DNA from: Octopus sinensis | Taxonomy: Eukaryota | DNA length: 64,000 nt | Assembly (NCBI RefSeq): GCF_006345805.1 | Contig: NC_043003.1 | Coordinates: forward strand, 110,980,001-111,044,000 | Reading direction: 5' to 3' | Shown: piece by piece, positions 12,885-27,266 of the stretch | How the letters are laid out: each line of letters opens with the position of its first letter | Numbering within the stretch: position 1 is the first letter of the stretch | Notes under the pieces: generated by a model | The model's database searches: none | What the model was told of the DNA's origin: nothing | Seen by the model: only the letters and a program-made list of their open reading frames with translations | Translations under genes and position numbers: made by a program

Positions 12885-13726
12885 CTGCAAAATAATAAAT
12901 GAAAATGAACTTAGTAAACAATATGTGAAGTAATTATTTACAAAATCAATATTTTGTAGTGAAGATGTTTGCAAATGGCCACTTTCTGTGAATATGGATA
13001 GGATATATATCTATGGATTTAGTTGTTTAAAGAAATCATTTGTAGTACTAACGGATGCAAGGAAAACTAAATTGATACATCTTTTACTTAATATATATTA
13101 ATTTTCAATTAGAATATCAGTAGAACGACATGAAATATATATAATCTACACTAATTTGTCACATTTCAATGATCGGAATGCCGAAGGTGTCATCAAGATA
13201 TTCAGTATATTATCTAAGTAAAATATAGGGGGAATAAGGAGCTGACCAGGGAGAAAAGCTCCCTACAGTGGCAGAGAGAGCCAGATTAACGATGATTTCG
13301 CATTTAACTCCTTACGAGTGTGCTTTTGTGGCTATTGAGTTGTTTTCACTGATATTTCCAGCAATACGTGTGTTGATTATTTCTGATTAGCGCCCTTATT
13401 TACTTTAGTGACATATATCTTTCGGCTTTCGTTTTTTAAGTTTCGAATTAGCCACGCATATCATTTATAATTTTCACTTGTACCGTTTATGAAATCAGCG
13501 TATTATATCAAAGGTAATATATTTAGCTGACGAGGCGTGATGTGCTTAACCGTAGGCGCGGGGAGAGCATCGAAATACGAAATCATCGGTGATCTGGTTC
13601 TATCTGTTACCCTAGGGAGATTGTCTCCTTTGTCGCCTTATTAAGATAGTGCTTTTGTGACTGTTGTGTTGATTTGCCTCTTATTTATAGCAATACTTGT
13701 GCTGATTAGAGCTCTTGTTCACTTTA

Positions 13727-13758
<32 letters not shown>

Positions 13759-13759
13759 G

Positions 13760-14213
13760 TAGGTCCCGGGTTGATTCGGGGTTAACCACAGTAAATAAGG
13801 TACTCAATACATAGCAGAGTAAAATTAATTTATTATATAGAAGGAGCTTCTACAGGACTAGAACTGTTTCATTCAAGAGAAATCTTCAGGAAGCTAGTTA
13901 ACAAGAATTGTATTGGCATTTATACATTTAGGCAGGTTTAACGGGGTGTTGGTGGGGGACTTTTTTGGGGATAGGCATAGCGCAAAATATCATACTTGGG
14001 GGAGTGGTCAAGGAGTCAGTGTTAAATTAGATTGAAGAATAAATAAAAAAATAAAAAAATAAAAAAATAATATAAAATAAAATAAAAAAATAAAAAAATA
14101 ATATAAAATAAAATAAAAAAATAAAAAAATAAAAAAATAATATAAAATAAAATAAAAAAATAAAAAAATAATATAAAATAAAATAAAAAAATAAAAAAAT
14201 AAAAAACCTATAT
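13760..14213 (-). mobile_element. Non-coding hammerhead-bearing repeat unit (PLE pseudo-LTR / retrozyme-like), copy 1
   Basis: Inverted near-identical copy at 16925-17207; contains an HHR; abuts (TA)n at 13736-13758; A-rich tandem expansion at 14030-14210. Confidence 0.7.
13845..13895 (-). ncRNA. Type I hammerhead ribozyme motif
   Basis: Minus strand AGCUUC-CUGAAGA-U-UUC(UCUU)GAA-U-GAA-ACAG(UUCUAGUC)CUGU-A-GAAGCU: 6-bp stem I, intact core, 3-bp stem II with a U.U first pair, 4-bp stem III, GUA cleavage triplet. Confidence 0.75.
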
Positions 14214-14384
14214 ATTTTGATATTTAATACGAGTGAACCGCTCGTAAGATCCATTAATTACCAAACTTTTAAAATCATACTTCATATATTTACATATAAT
14301 TTTAATATAATACTATTTTAGACACATATCGTCGTGAGGAATTCTTTTAATATTCAATTTCATGTTAATATTTCAAAATGCAGT

Positions 14385-14638
14385 TTATATATATATATAT
14401 AAATATATATGTGTGTATATAAATATATATGTGTGTGTATATGTATATATGTGTATATATATATGAGTGTACGCGAGTATGTCGATGTATATGTAGGTAT
14501 GTAGAGTTATGTGTATGTGCAGGTATGTGAGTGTAGATACAAATTGTAGATGTGTATATATGGGTGTGTGTGTATATATACATGTATATGGGTATATGTA
14601 AGTGTGTGTATATGTAAAAATATATATATATGTATATA

Positions 14639-14679
<41 letters not shown>

Positions 14680-14774
14680 ATATGCGAGTATGTAGAGATA
14701 TAAGTATGTGCATGTGTATATGTATATGTGTGTATATATATGTATGGGTATGTGTAAGTGTATGTATGTATGTG

Positions 14775-14811
<37 letters not shown>

Positions 14812-15426
14812 GTATGCATATACGTATGTATGTATGTATGTATATGTGTATGTATATATGTGTGTAAGTGTGTGTATATATGTAAATGTAAGTGTGTCTG
14901 CTTGTATGAGAATGTATGTATGTTTGCACACATGTATATATGTGTGTGTATGTGTATATGTATATGTATATGTGTATATGTGTGTGTATATGTATGAATA
15001 TGTGTATGTATGTGTGTATGTATGTGTGTGTGTGTGTATATATATGTGTATATGTGTGTATGTATATATATATATATAGGTATGTATATGTATGTATATA
15101 TATATATGTGTGTGTATATATATATATATATATGTGTGTGTGTATGTATATATATATGTATATATATGTATATATGTGTGTGTGTATACATGTGTGTATG
15201 TATGTATGTATATATATGCGTGTGTATGTGTATGTGTATATGTACATATGCGCGTACGCTCGTGTGTTTATGCATATGTAGATACGTAGAGTTATCTATG
15301 TACGTATTTATATGTACATGTGTGTGAGTATGTATATATATGTATATATGTATGTGTATGTGCGTGTGTGTATATATATATGTATGTATATATGTATGTG
15401 TATGTGTATGTGTGTATATATGTAGG

Positions 15427-15488
<62 letters not shown>

Positions 15489-15881
15489 ATATATATATAT
15501 GTGTAAGTTTATATGTACGTATCCGTCTATATAATAGGTAACTGCACGGACATATACTGAATATTTATTATTTATTTTTTGAGTATGCATGTACGAATAA
15601 CTGCGCGTATATATATTTTACTATTTACTTATTTTTTGAGTATGCATGTAAGTATGAATATAAGGAGGCGCGTATTTGTGTGTGTATGTGTAAGCATAGA
15701 TATATGTATACTTTTACGCATGTGTGTACTTATGTGTATATATGGATGCGCGCGTGTGTGTGTGTGTGTATGGGTACGCATGTACATGTGTATGTGCGTG
15801 TAGTGTATATATATGTATATGTGTGTGTATGCGTATGTGTGTGTATATGTGTGTGTGTGCATATGTGTGTATATATATATG

Positions 15882-15919
<38 letters not shown>

Positions 15920-16870
15920 CATATATATATACACACATATATACGCACACACATATACACACACATACGCATACACACACATATACATATATATACACTA
16001 CATATATATATATATGTATATGTATATGTATATATATACATGTATGTATTTGTATGTAGGTGTATATGTATGTGTGTGTATTTATATTTATGGGTGTATA
16101 TATATAGACTAGCCTTCTAAGAGTGTAGACATAAATCTTTAGGTACGCGTACGTATGTGTATATACGTGAATGTATGTAGATGGATGTATGTATGAATAT
16201 AACGCGTGCGTGCGTGTATGTGTATGAGTGTACGAATGAGTGAGAGTACGTGCTAAAGAGTGTGCGTGAGTGAATGAGTGCTTGTTTTCCAGTAGACAGA
16301 TAAACGGACTGGCTGTCATAGCCAAGATGTTTGTGACCAAGCGGCCAAAGATAACAAAAGTAATAAACGAAGATAATAAAATTAAAATTAGGGAATGGGT
16401 CTGTATTTGTATGTGTATATATGTGTGTGTATGTGTATATATATGTGTGTTTGTGTAGGTTTGCATAGGTACACATATGTATATATATACATGTATGTAT
16501 ATGTATGTGTGTGTATATATGTGTGTGTATGTGTATATATGTGTATATAGGGACTAGTGTGCTGTGTGTGCATGTGTGTGTGTGGATATGTGTGTGTATG
16601 CGTGTATGTGAGTATGTGTGTGTATGTGTATATATATTTTTCTGTGCGTATATGTATGTGAGGTCGTGTGTGTATATATACACATGTGTGTATACGTGTA
16701 TGCATGTGAGTGTGTGTATGTATACATATATGTGTATGTGTAGATATGTATATGTATGTGTATGTGTAAGTGTATATATATGTATATATATGTGTGTGTA
16801 TGTATGTGTGTATGTATATGTATATATGTTTGTATGTGTGTGTATGTATATATGTGTGCATAGGTATAAG
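14385..16870. repeat. ~2.5-kb compound (TA)/(TG)/(TATG) low-complexity block
   Basis: Direct reading; generates all the long H/I/Y/T/V/C/M ORFs at 14365-16873. Confidence 0.97.
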
Positions 16871-16924
16871 TGAGAATCTCCTTATTTACCTAAAACTCTA
16901 TTCCCCCTTTTTTTTATATATAGG

Positions 16925-17303
<379 letters not shown>

Positions 17304-17649
17304 TTAGTTAAATATATACTGTGAGAATATTATACGTTGAATTTATAATGAGTGCTCTTTGCATAACGTGTCGAAAATATGAATACTATTAAGCATTTTG
17401 ATATTTAATACGAGTGAACCGCTCGTAAGATCCATTAATTACCAAACTTTTAAAATCATACTTCATATATTTACATATAATTTTAATATAATACTATTTT
17501 AGACACATATCGTCGTGAGGAATTCTTTTAATATTCAATTTCATGTTAATATTTCAAAATGCAGTTTATATATATATAAATATATATTTTGTTTTTGAAT
17601 TTGGTTTGCAAGATTCTTTATATGAGTTCGTGTGTTGAAGCTCATTCTG

Positions 17650-17892
17650 TTGTGTCTGGAGTGAGTCATTTTCCTATTGTGCCTTATAATGTGACACACT
17701 CACCGGTAAAATTTCCACTTTTTCCTTATTTTTATTTTCATAAAATTTTCCTTGCCTCTTGCCGCCTTTTTTAATAGTCTTGACTAATAAGTGTCAATTT
17801 TAGGAAAACAAAAATAAGAAAAAGTGGAAATTTTACCGGTGGGTGTGTTACATTATAAAGCACAAAAAGAAAATGACTCTCCCTAGACACAA
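17650..17892. mobile_element. MITE-like foldback element (~90-bp imperfect terminal inverted arms)
   Basis: ttgtgtct..gagtcattttc..gtg..ttataatgtgacacactcaccggtaaaatttccactttttc-ttattttt mirrored by aaaaataagaaaaagtggaaattttaccggtgggtgtgttacattata..gaaaatgactc..agacacaa; no clear TSD. Confidence 0.75.
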
Positions 17893-18949
17893 ATATTACT
17901 GTCATCCTAGGAAACAAAAGAGTCACGCAAAAGGGTACCATTCCTTCTTCTGTGACGTTGCTACTGTACTCGGGCACTGAAAGTCGCATCCAGAGAAGGG
18001 TCACTAGATTTGGTGTCATAAAATCACGCAGTTTACCACTATACTGTGGCCACCCTCAGATATTTCTTCCTTTACTACAATGATGTGTGTTTCTTAGAGC
18101 TGACTGATCTTATATCATATCCAGTCAACCATTCGTGACTTAGCTCTCCTCTTCTCATCCCTGTGTTGTAGCTATGTTCCCGATGTTGTACAATAAAAAG
18201 CGCATCATGTCCTTCTCAATAGAATGCATATCTTTATAATCTAATTCCATCTCATGTCTTTTTGACTTGAAAGTATTTAATTGCTCTAGGTAACGTATAT
18301 TTCAGTGGTTCTAGAAAGCCATAGGTACTGTCCATTCATCAATACATAGCATTATGAATGGGACAAATACATAAATGTAACCTCAGGAGCCATTGAAGAT
18401 TTTGTATCGAAGATTTTCATCGATTCAGCTAATATTGGTTTCAAATCCCAGGCACGAAACCAAATAATTCGATTCGATTGTACAAGTGGTGTCTATTTTA
18501 TCGACCCCGAAACCATGAAAGCAAAATCGGACTCGGTAGAATAAGAACTCGAAATGTAAAGATGGACGAAATGCGTAAAGACTGCCATCTGCCGCTCTTC
18601 AGACTCAGTTTATATTACGATGAAAATATATACCACGAATCCTAAATCGCATTTAGAATAATGAATAAGACAAAATAGATATTGACATATTTTATTTATC
18701 TATCTATTTTCATCTTACAGGAAATAAGTTCTTTGTACCTATTGCATTAACATAAAACACACCCTTTTCTACAATTTATAACACTGTGCTTTGAAGATAT
18801 CACGAATATATAATGTTGAAGCGAGTTTTTTTTTTTATCTCTTCGTTACAAATCGCAAAATATTTCACTGTATGTCTACTGTTAATAAAACATTTAATCT
18901 GTCTGAACATCAAATTACAAGCAGATTCATTAATCACTCGTAACTGAAA

Positions 18950-19150
18950 ATGTATCCGCCAGCAGCCATACACATATTCTCTGCTCCTTCATTTGCGACC
19001 CAGTGGCATATATGGCTGTTGTGATATTTAGTAGGTGAGAGAGCTGCACTAGCAACCGATTGGTACAGAAGCAACAAGTAATGAAATGCCTTGCTCAACT
19101 ATACAGATATCTCCACCACTTTAGGAGCTGAACTTCTGCCCTTATGATCT
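18950..19150 (-). mobile_element. Degraded tRNA-derived SINE
   Basis: ...agcaacaagtaatgaaatgccttgctcaa...ggagctgaacttctgccc, a reverse tRNA-like head. Confidence 0.5.
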
Positions 19151-19503
19151 TAACCTAAATAAGTCAACTACCAATAAAATCGCCTTATATTAATCCTTAT
19201 TACAGATTTATGCATTTGATACATTTTCCACATTTTTAAACATAGTCATAAACAGATTTTTCAAAAGTGAACGTACACGTTGCTATTTCAAAATCTTTGT
19301 TTTGAATATTGAAATTTAAATATTTAGAGAAGAAATGTTTGGAAGGATTTCCAGTTAAATTTTGAACTTCTTTTTGATATCGCTTGGTATAAAAACTTAG
19401 GAAAATGTACTTACATTTGAGTAGTAATAAGCAAGAAATGTCATATACCTAAACAGATTATGATAGCACATATATGATATGATTATTAAATTTTAAAAAA
19501 AGC

Positions 19504-19710
19504 GACGAGCTAACAGAGCCGTTAGCACACCGAACAAATTGCTTAGTACCATTTTGTGCATTTTGTTTACATCCTGAGTTCAAATGCCACGTATGTCGGC
19601 TTTGCCTTAAGTTCGATAAAATAGTATAGCACTCAAGTATTGGTGTCAGTATAATCGTCATTTACCTCTCCACAAAATTGTTGGCCTAAAGCCAAAATCA
19701 GAACCAATTC
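19504..19710 (+). mobile_element. SINE, family of 4329-4545
   Basis: cgagctaacagagccgttagcac...cctgagttcaaatgcc...ggctttgcc...tcgataaaata. Confidence 0.7.
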
Positions 19711-20689
19711 GTTAGTGCTAGGAGCAATTATTTCATTTTAACGATTGCCATGGTATGAAAGTGCTTAACTCAAAATATCTCACCGATTTTCAAAATGTTG
19801 TGTAACCTATTGATCTTTCGAGGATTGCTTTGCAGGTTTCGTCGTCATAGTACATACAAACTAGACAAACCACAGGATCAATATTTGTTTTTAATCTATT
19901 AATTATACCTATTTCTTTACAAATTTCGTTTTTGTTCTTGTATATGAAATCAATATTTTCTATCTATAAAATAAACCATAAGAGTATTTTTCATTATTTT
20001 GTCTTCAGCTAAAGTTATAGAAGCGTATCATATTGCCGTCTTAATAACTCATTTACTGATCTTTAATATCGAAAAGAAATGCAATTCTATTCAAAGACTA
20101 TTCCCAGGTAAATTATAATACTAGGTACGTGATAAAATATGTAATAAGTCGATTTTATAAGATAAAATTCAATTCTAAGAAAAATCTGTAATTTATTGGC
20201 AAGCACCCATGTGCATATTCAGAGCTTGAGCATAAAAGAAAAAGTTGATAGCAGAATCTGTTATTTAACATTTGCATATATTTTTGGACAAAAACTGGGC
20301 AGTAAGCTTTCATTTTGAAAACGCGTACATGGAAGTATATTAAATATAATTTCTATTTTGGGATTGTAATATTTTGTATGGATATAATTTTAGTAATATT
20401 ATTTATCTTTGATATGATATGTTTAGATTTTACTATCAAGGGCTATATTTGTATACAATTGAAGTGTTTTGAATTTATTCAATGTAAAATGTAATAGAAT
20501 TATAGAAATAAGAGCATATGCATTTAAAATCACTTTTTATATTAAAACTTCAATTAATGCCTGGACTTCTCGAAATACCCGCATCACAATTATGAAAATA
20601 ATATTCCATGAATACGATGTTAACTTTCTGCATATTTAGTAGTAAATAACAAGAAAAAATTATGCAAAAATGCATACTAAAAGCACATG

Positions 20690-20890
<201 letters not shown>

Positions 20891-21405
20891 ACAGATACAT
20901 AGATTCATAGAAAGTTAGATATATACACACAATCATATATGAATTCTTGATTCATAATATGTTCATTATTGTATATTTACAAGTTATATCTATACATTTG
21001 CTGAATATACAACAGGAATATTATGCAGAAACAACTTCCGAATAAATATTTAAAAATACACGGGCATAAATGATCTTTACATTTAACTTCCATCAACAAA
21101 TATATCAGCAGAAATGGAACATCACCATCATACAAAATAACAGGATACAGTGAAAAATTCAAACGTATATGAAATTAAATTATATTTATGTGTGTCTATT
21201 TGCGGAAACAAAATGAAATTTAATCGCCATAACGGAAGAACGTTTCCGATGTGTTTCTGTGATCTAACTTACATCTCTGAGAGAAAACTATTACGAAGAT
21301 GTTATCTGAAATATCTCATATTTTGTAAGTGTATAACTTGCATACACGAAATTACACGCTCACACATACAATCATACTCAAACACATACACACTCATATA
21401 TATAT

Positions 21406-21462
<57 letters not shown>

Positions 21463-21504
21463 GCACACAGTGAGATAAAAATAGACATTGGTAGATATAG
21501 AGTG

Positions 21505-21850
21505 GCATAGGTGTAAGTGTGGCTGTGTGGTAAGAAGTTTACTTCCCTACTACATGGCGCTGGGCTCAGTCCCAGTTAGTGACACATTGGGCAAGTGTCT
21601 TTTATAATAGCCCCATGCCGACCAAATTCTTGTGAGGGGTCTTCGTAGACGAAAATTGAAAGGTATCTTTTGTATGTATATATGTCTGTGTCGGTGTGTT
21701 TACGTCTTTGTAGAGCGGCGGTTCGACAAAAGTGCCCGATACAATAAGCATTAGGCTGAAAGACATGTACTGGGTCCGATTCATTCGAGTACAGTTCTTC
21801 AATCAAGTGCCTCAGTATGGCTGCAGTCTAATGACAGAAGCAAGTAAAAA
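21505..21850 (+). mobile_element. tRNA-derived SINE, family of 1665-2070
   Basis: Head gtggctgtgtggtaagaagttt...gggctcagtccca...ttgggcaagtgtct; tail ...tatggctgcagtctaatgacagaagcaagtaaaa. Confidence 0.8.
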
Positions 21851-22569
21851 GGGAATGATGCATTCTTACACAAATATTATTTTGCCCGATAGCCTATATA
21901 TATAAATATATATAAATATATATATATATACATAAATACATAATGATATATATTAAAGATATAAAAACATGCATTTACGCTTAATAATTGTCCGTATATT
22001 TTTTTACTCGAAGCACACAGCTCGAAATTTCTAGGGAGAAGGACATTAAATTAGACGTGTCTGTGTGTTTACATATTTGACAATCCTCCCTCTAAACATA
22101 CATATATTAACGAATGGAAATATAGGGGTAGGTATATATCCGATACTGATGGTGGTTGCATTCATTTAAACAATCATAAAACAACACATGTAAAACATAA
22201 TTATAATTCCTGTCCTTTGTCAAGCATATAAAATTTTCCGAAAATATATTTATTAGGTGTTTTATAATGTTGGCACACACACATACACACACTGCCATAT
22301 TCATACACACACATTCACGCTCACACACACAGACACACACAGAGAGATAAACATACACTTATACACGCGCACACACACACACAGCAAAAGTACATGTTCA
22401 CGCCACATTCCCTTTACCGTATGTGTTAATTTCTTCTTTATGCCTAGTTTTACGGTTAATATCCTCAGGTCGGCAAACGAGAAATTATTCGGAAGTTGAA
22501 AGTAAATTAAAGAAGAAATCGCAATGTTTTTCTCTTCTATGTTTGCACTTCTAAAACATACATTTTTTA

Positions 22570-22636
<67 letters not shown>

Positions 22637-22922
22637 TATATTTCTCCATTGTTTCTCTCTCGCTCTATTTTAGATATTTATCTATTTCTCACTCCCTATA
22701 TATGTTGACACATACATACATGTACAGAGCCATTGATGGCTAGATAGACTGACAAAGAGATAAAACATCTGTGTTTGACTTTATAAGCACCTATTCGTGA
22801 TCTTATCAATCTCTACATACACATTCATTTCTATTTATATATACACACACATAGATACACATGTATGTATATACATAGTTGTAGACACACACATACACAC
22901 AGATATAGGTATGCAAATATGT

Positions 22923-22972
<50 letters not shown>

Positions 22973-25825
22973 CATACATACATACATACATACATAATAC
23001 ATACTTACATACATTCTGTTATGCATTTATGTGTGTATACATATTTATATGCATACACATGTATTGATATAAGTTATCGACTAAAATAATATGAAAATAG
23101 TTTAATCCCTTTTTTGAGACAATACCCTGAGGTACCTTAACGAGTGATTTTCAACTTTAGTTGTGATTACCATACAAATGTATGCAATAATTGCTTTGCT
23201 TATGCGAAATATATCAATATTTCATATTGACAATTACGTCATTATTACCACTATATGATCAAATAGTGTACTTTACTTTGTATAGAAGAGAGCTAACCAA
23301 ACTTTGCCCTTCTTCCATATTTTGAAATTTTACACAAATACATATCTGAAAATTATTGAAAATCAATGGTAATTAGATGCTCGGAGCAAACCATCTCAGA
23401 TAAGCATATCCTATTTATTGAACATTTTTAGACCGAAAATTTTCAGCGTTAGTAGTGTATTGCATTGAATCCATTCTCTAACATTCATAGTATTCTATAA
23501 CATTTGGCGCTCTGCTTGTCGAAAGCAGCTCTTGTTACATCAATTCAAAGCAATTCAATATGCTGCTTTCAGCATGCGTAGATTAAACATTCACACAATA
23601 AATTTGTACTTCTATATTGGTTATATAGTCTTTCAATGTATCCCTCAAAGTCTTTGTTCTACAATAGAATTCAATTACGATCAAGGTGTTTTCAGCAACG
23701 TTACTGTTCTAATTTTAATTTAATTTTTTTAACGTGCTAGTTCTGGATAATCAATAAAAAAAATTAACTCTCACCTAGTTAGGAATTGCGTTTTCATGAA
23801 AACAGTATCCGATTCAATTGAACCCGTTATTTCAACTGCAGCTGTTGTCACCAAATCGAGTTTCACTTCACCAAGAAACATACTAACTCTGCATGAGCAA
23901 GAGCGACTTAAATTGAAAAATCATTTTTAATCGTCTGCCAGGAAATAGTATCCAACCTTTTTCTTAATTAAATATAGTAAAAAATATTGTGTGAATTCAA
24001 ATTCATCTACATAGCTTCACACAATAATATATTCAATGAAGTGACTCTTCCCATTATTAAGAGTATGGGCTTAACGGAAAAACGAGATATATGGGCAATA
24101 TTTGGCATCGTTCGGTGTCAAAAGGCAAAAGACACACATTATCTTTATCCAAAATGGATTGGACACTTAAAAAGAGGAACATCATAGCTAAGGTCCGCTA
24201 TTATAGGGATGGTTTAACAAATGCCTCCTCTGTTTCATGGATAAAATTAAATATCATAACGTCATTAGCGAACATCTTAAATGTTAAAGAGAGATCCTTC
24301 TCCCTTTGTAAGTACAAGAAATAATTCACACTTCGAAATTTCATGCATTAATCCCTGCCACAGCTCCAGTCTGGCCAAGTTTTTTTATTTTTTTTTATCG
24401 ATTATATGCACATTATGATTTATATGTCCATTATACATTCAAGATATAAACACCAATAAAATACACAGATTTATATGCATAGCATATATTCACGACGTTA
24501 CATGTATTTTTTTATATATTGGTAATATGTGTATATACAGCACATATTCAAGACGTCACATACTACACAGGAAATGCAAATGCACATGAACTTATAAACT
24601 TCTAACACCATGGACGAAATTTGGAGTCAAAAGTACCATAAATAATTATATGTACAGACATAAACATGAATAAAACGTGTCTTACAGGTGTGTGTATGTG
24701 TATTATTATGTTTTTCTGTGTGTATGATACTGTATATTATATAAATCATATCCTGTTTTCTGTATATTCATTTCGAAATCACGTTCATTCTTGGGTATTA
24801 TCATCCAAAATGAATATGAGTGTCAGCACTTCCATGTAGTATCGCTTGAGGAATCTCTTCACATGAAATCATTGGTTGGCTTGTAAACTCTCAAATATTG
24901 AAAATTTATTAATGAATGCGTTGTCCAGGCCCATTGCAACTGTTACTTAAAACCAAACATCTTGACGACAGCATTCCTTCATTATTATCTTTTTTTTGTT
25001 CTTACAATCTGTCACCCTAGGTCTTGTATTATCTCGTGTTCTATCCGCCTCGGGTGCCCTTCTTTTACGTCTGGGTTATTATGATCAATGTTAACATATT
25101 ATTCTGCCTTAATGTTATGTATGCGCATATATTGTTACTTATATAAGGGTCCTCATCCGACTTTTTATATACAAATGTATATATAAAATTATCTAAAATT
25201 CCTATTTATGAGAGACCTTTTCTTCTTCAGATTCTATACACCAGAATTTCAAATGTATCATTTTATTCTTACGAGTGCGATCTTTCCAATCTCTGTGAAG
25301 GCATTCCCAAATAAATCTCCACTAGATTTTCAAATTACAAGGTAATTCACATATGCTCAGTACTAAGTGCACTGCAACTATGGTAGAAACAACTGTAAGC
25401 TAATGAATTTAACTACATAATCTCCAGTTCCTCAGTAACTTAGTTGATATTATGTTACAACCTGTATTCGACTAACGCTTATTCGGAAGCATACATGTAT
25501 TGAGTTCTAATACCAGATTATCGGTATTGCTATGTATAGGCTATATATATATGTTAATGTGAGTTTGGAATGATATATAATCCGGGTGGATACCGGGGTA
25601 GCACCCATGTTACGGCTAAAACGCATCGATTTGTAATTAACACCTGTGACTTCTAGTAGTGTTCACTCACGCTGAATATTCCTTCGATAGGTAATCCCTT
25701 GTTCACTTCACGGTGTAATAATATTATCTGGCGTGTATATTAGCAATAATTGTAATTGTAAAATAAAAGGAAATAAATTTTGAAAATACGCTAGTCTCCA
25801 TATTCTCTATCGTTATAATTATTAC

Positions 25826-25829
<4 letters not shown>

Positions 25830-25885
<56 letters not shown>

Positions 25886-25996
25886 CATATATACATACAC
25901 ACATATATACATATACACATACATATACACATATACATATACACATATACATATATATATACAAATAAACATATACATATATATATACATATACAC

Positions 25997-26033
<37 letters not shown>

Positions 26034-26082
26034 CCCATATACATATACATATACACATATACATACATATATACCTACATAT

Positions 26083-26123
<41 letters not shown>

Positions 26124-26230
26124 CACATATACTTATATATTTATATATATACATACACATACCTACATACATACATACATACATATAGACATGCATATAC
26201 ATGTACACATAGATATATACTTTTTTTAGA
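25830..26230. repeat. (TA)/(TACA) compound microsatellite
   Basis: Direct reading. Confidence 0.95.
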
Positions 26231-27005
26231 TTGAGAGTGTGTATGTGTATATGTATACACTCGTATATATAAAATTAAATTGTATTTAATGGCTAAATGA
26301 CTTTGGAAAGTGAATTTATTCAAATGAATTTAAAAAAAGCATTTTAAAGCTACAACCTACACTTCCCCGGATGTTCTTACCAATTATTTCCATCATCTGT
26401 AATCATCTAATTAGTTTTCCCTTTCGTAGACTAATCTTTAGGTATTCATTCCAGTCCAGCTGTTCGTTTTACTGTGCCTATAATTTTGGAATAGTCTATC
26501 GGTACAGCACACGATATATTGTTATGCTTGGTTGGACTGAGAAAATTGTAAATGATTACTTGACCTCGGAAAATCTAAAATCTAAAGAATAATACTGTTT
26601 TAGAATATTATCACTTGGTCCCAGAACTAATACAATTATTTCTGCACCACAGAAACTGTCTCTTTGATTCCTTATATGAATCCATTGTCCTAATAACCTG
26701 AACTTTCGATGTGTTATATATTGCACCATAGGTTATGTGTTCTGGTCAATAAACATATGTACCTATGACACATATGTCAATAGCTGTTTCCACATGCTAC
26801 TGGTATGTACATACATGAACATACACATAACATACACACACATACGCTCACACACACACACACAAACACACAAACGAACACACATATAGATACGATTTTT
26901 TTTATATTATGAAATACAAAATTTATCAGACTCTCTGATTCTGTGTATTTCTGCGTGTATATACATATATATACGCAGACACAGAACACACACACACACA
27001 CACAC

Positions 27006-27081
<76 letters not shown>

Positions 27082-27147
27082 TGTGTGTTTGTGTCTATAT
27101 ATATATATATGCTTGTGTATATATAAATGTAAGTAAATATCTATATA

Positions 27148-27266
27148 CAGTAGCGTACAAAGATCTTCGGCCACTTAAAGCTATAGTAAAAATCAACTAA
27201 TTGCCAACTGATAAGTGGATGTTTCGGATTGCGTTCTTTTTGTTTCAGATGAAACATTGTCCCTGT
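27148..27266 (-). mobile_element. Tc1-family terminal sequence homologous to 54330-54441
   Basis: TA-cagtagcgtacaaa... aligns over ~115 bp (roughly 75% by eye) with the terminus of the Tc1 element at 54330. Confidence 0.75.

Noticed and set aside
13527-13590. CTGACGA...GAAA as a hammerhead
   Set aside because: Stems I and II do not pair adjacent to the core.
14365-16873. Long ORFs up to 296 aa (H/I/Y/T/V/C/M-rich), and similar ORFs across the window
   Set aside because: Translations of TA/TG/CA microsatellites, which lack stop codons in several frames; not genes.
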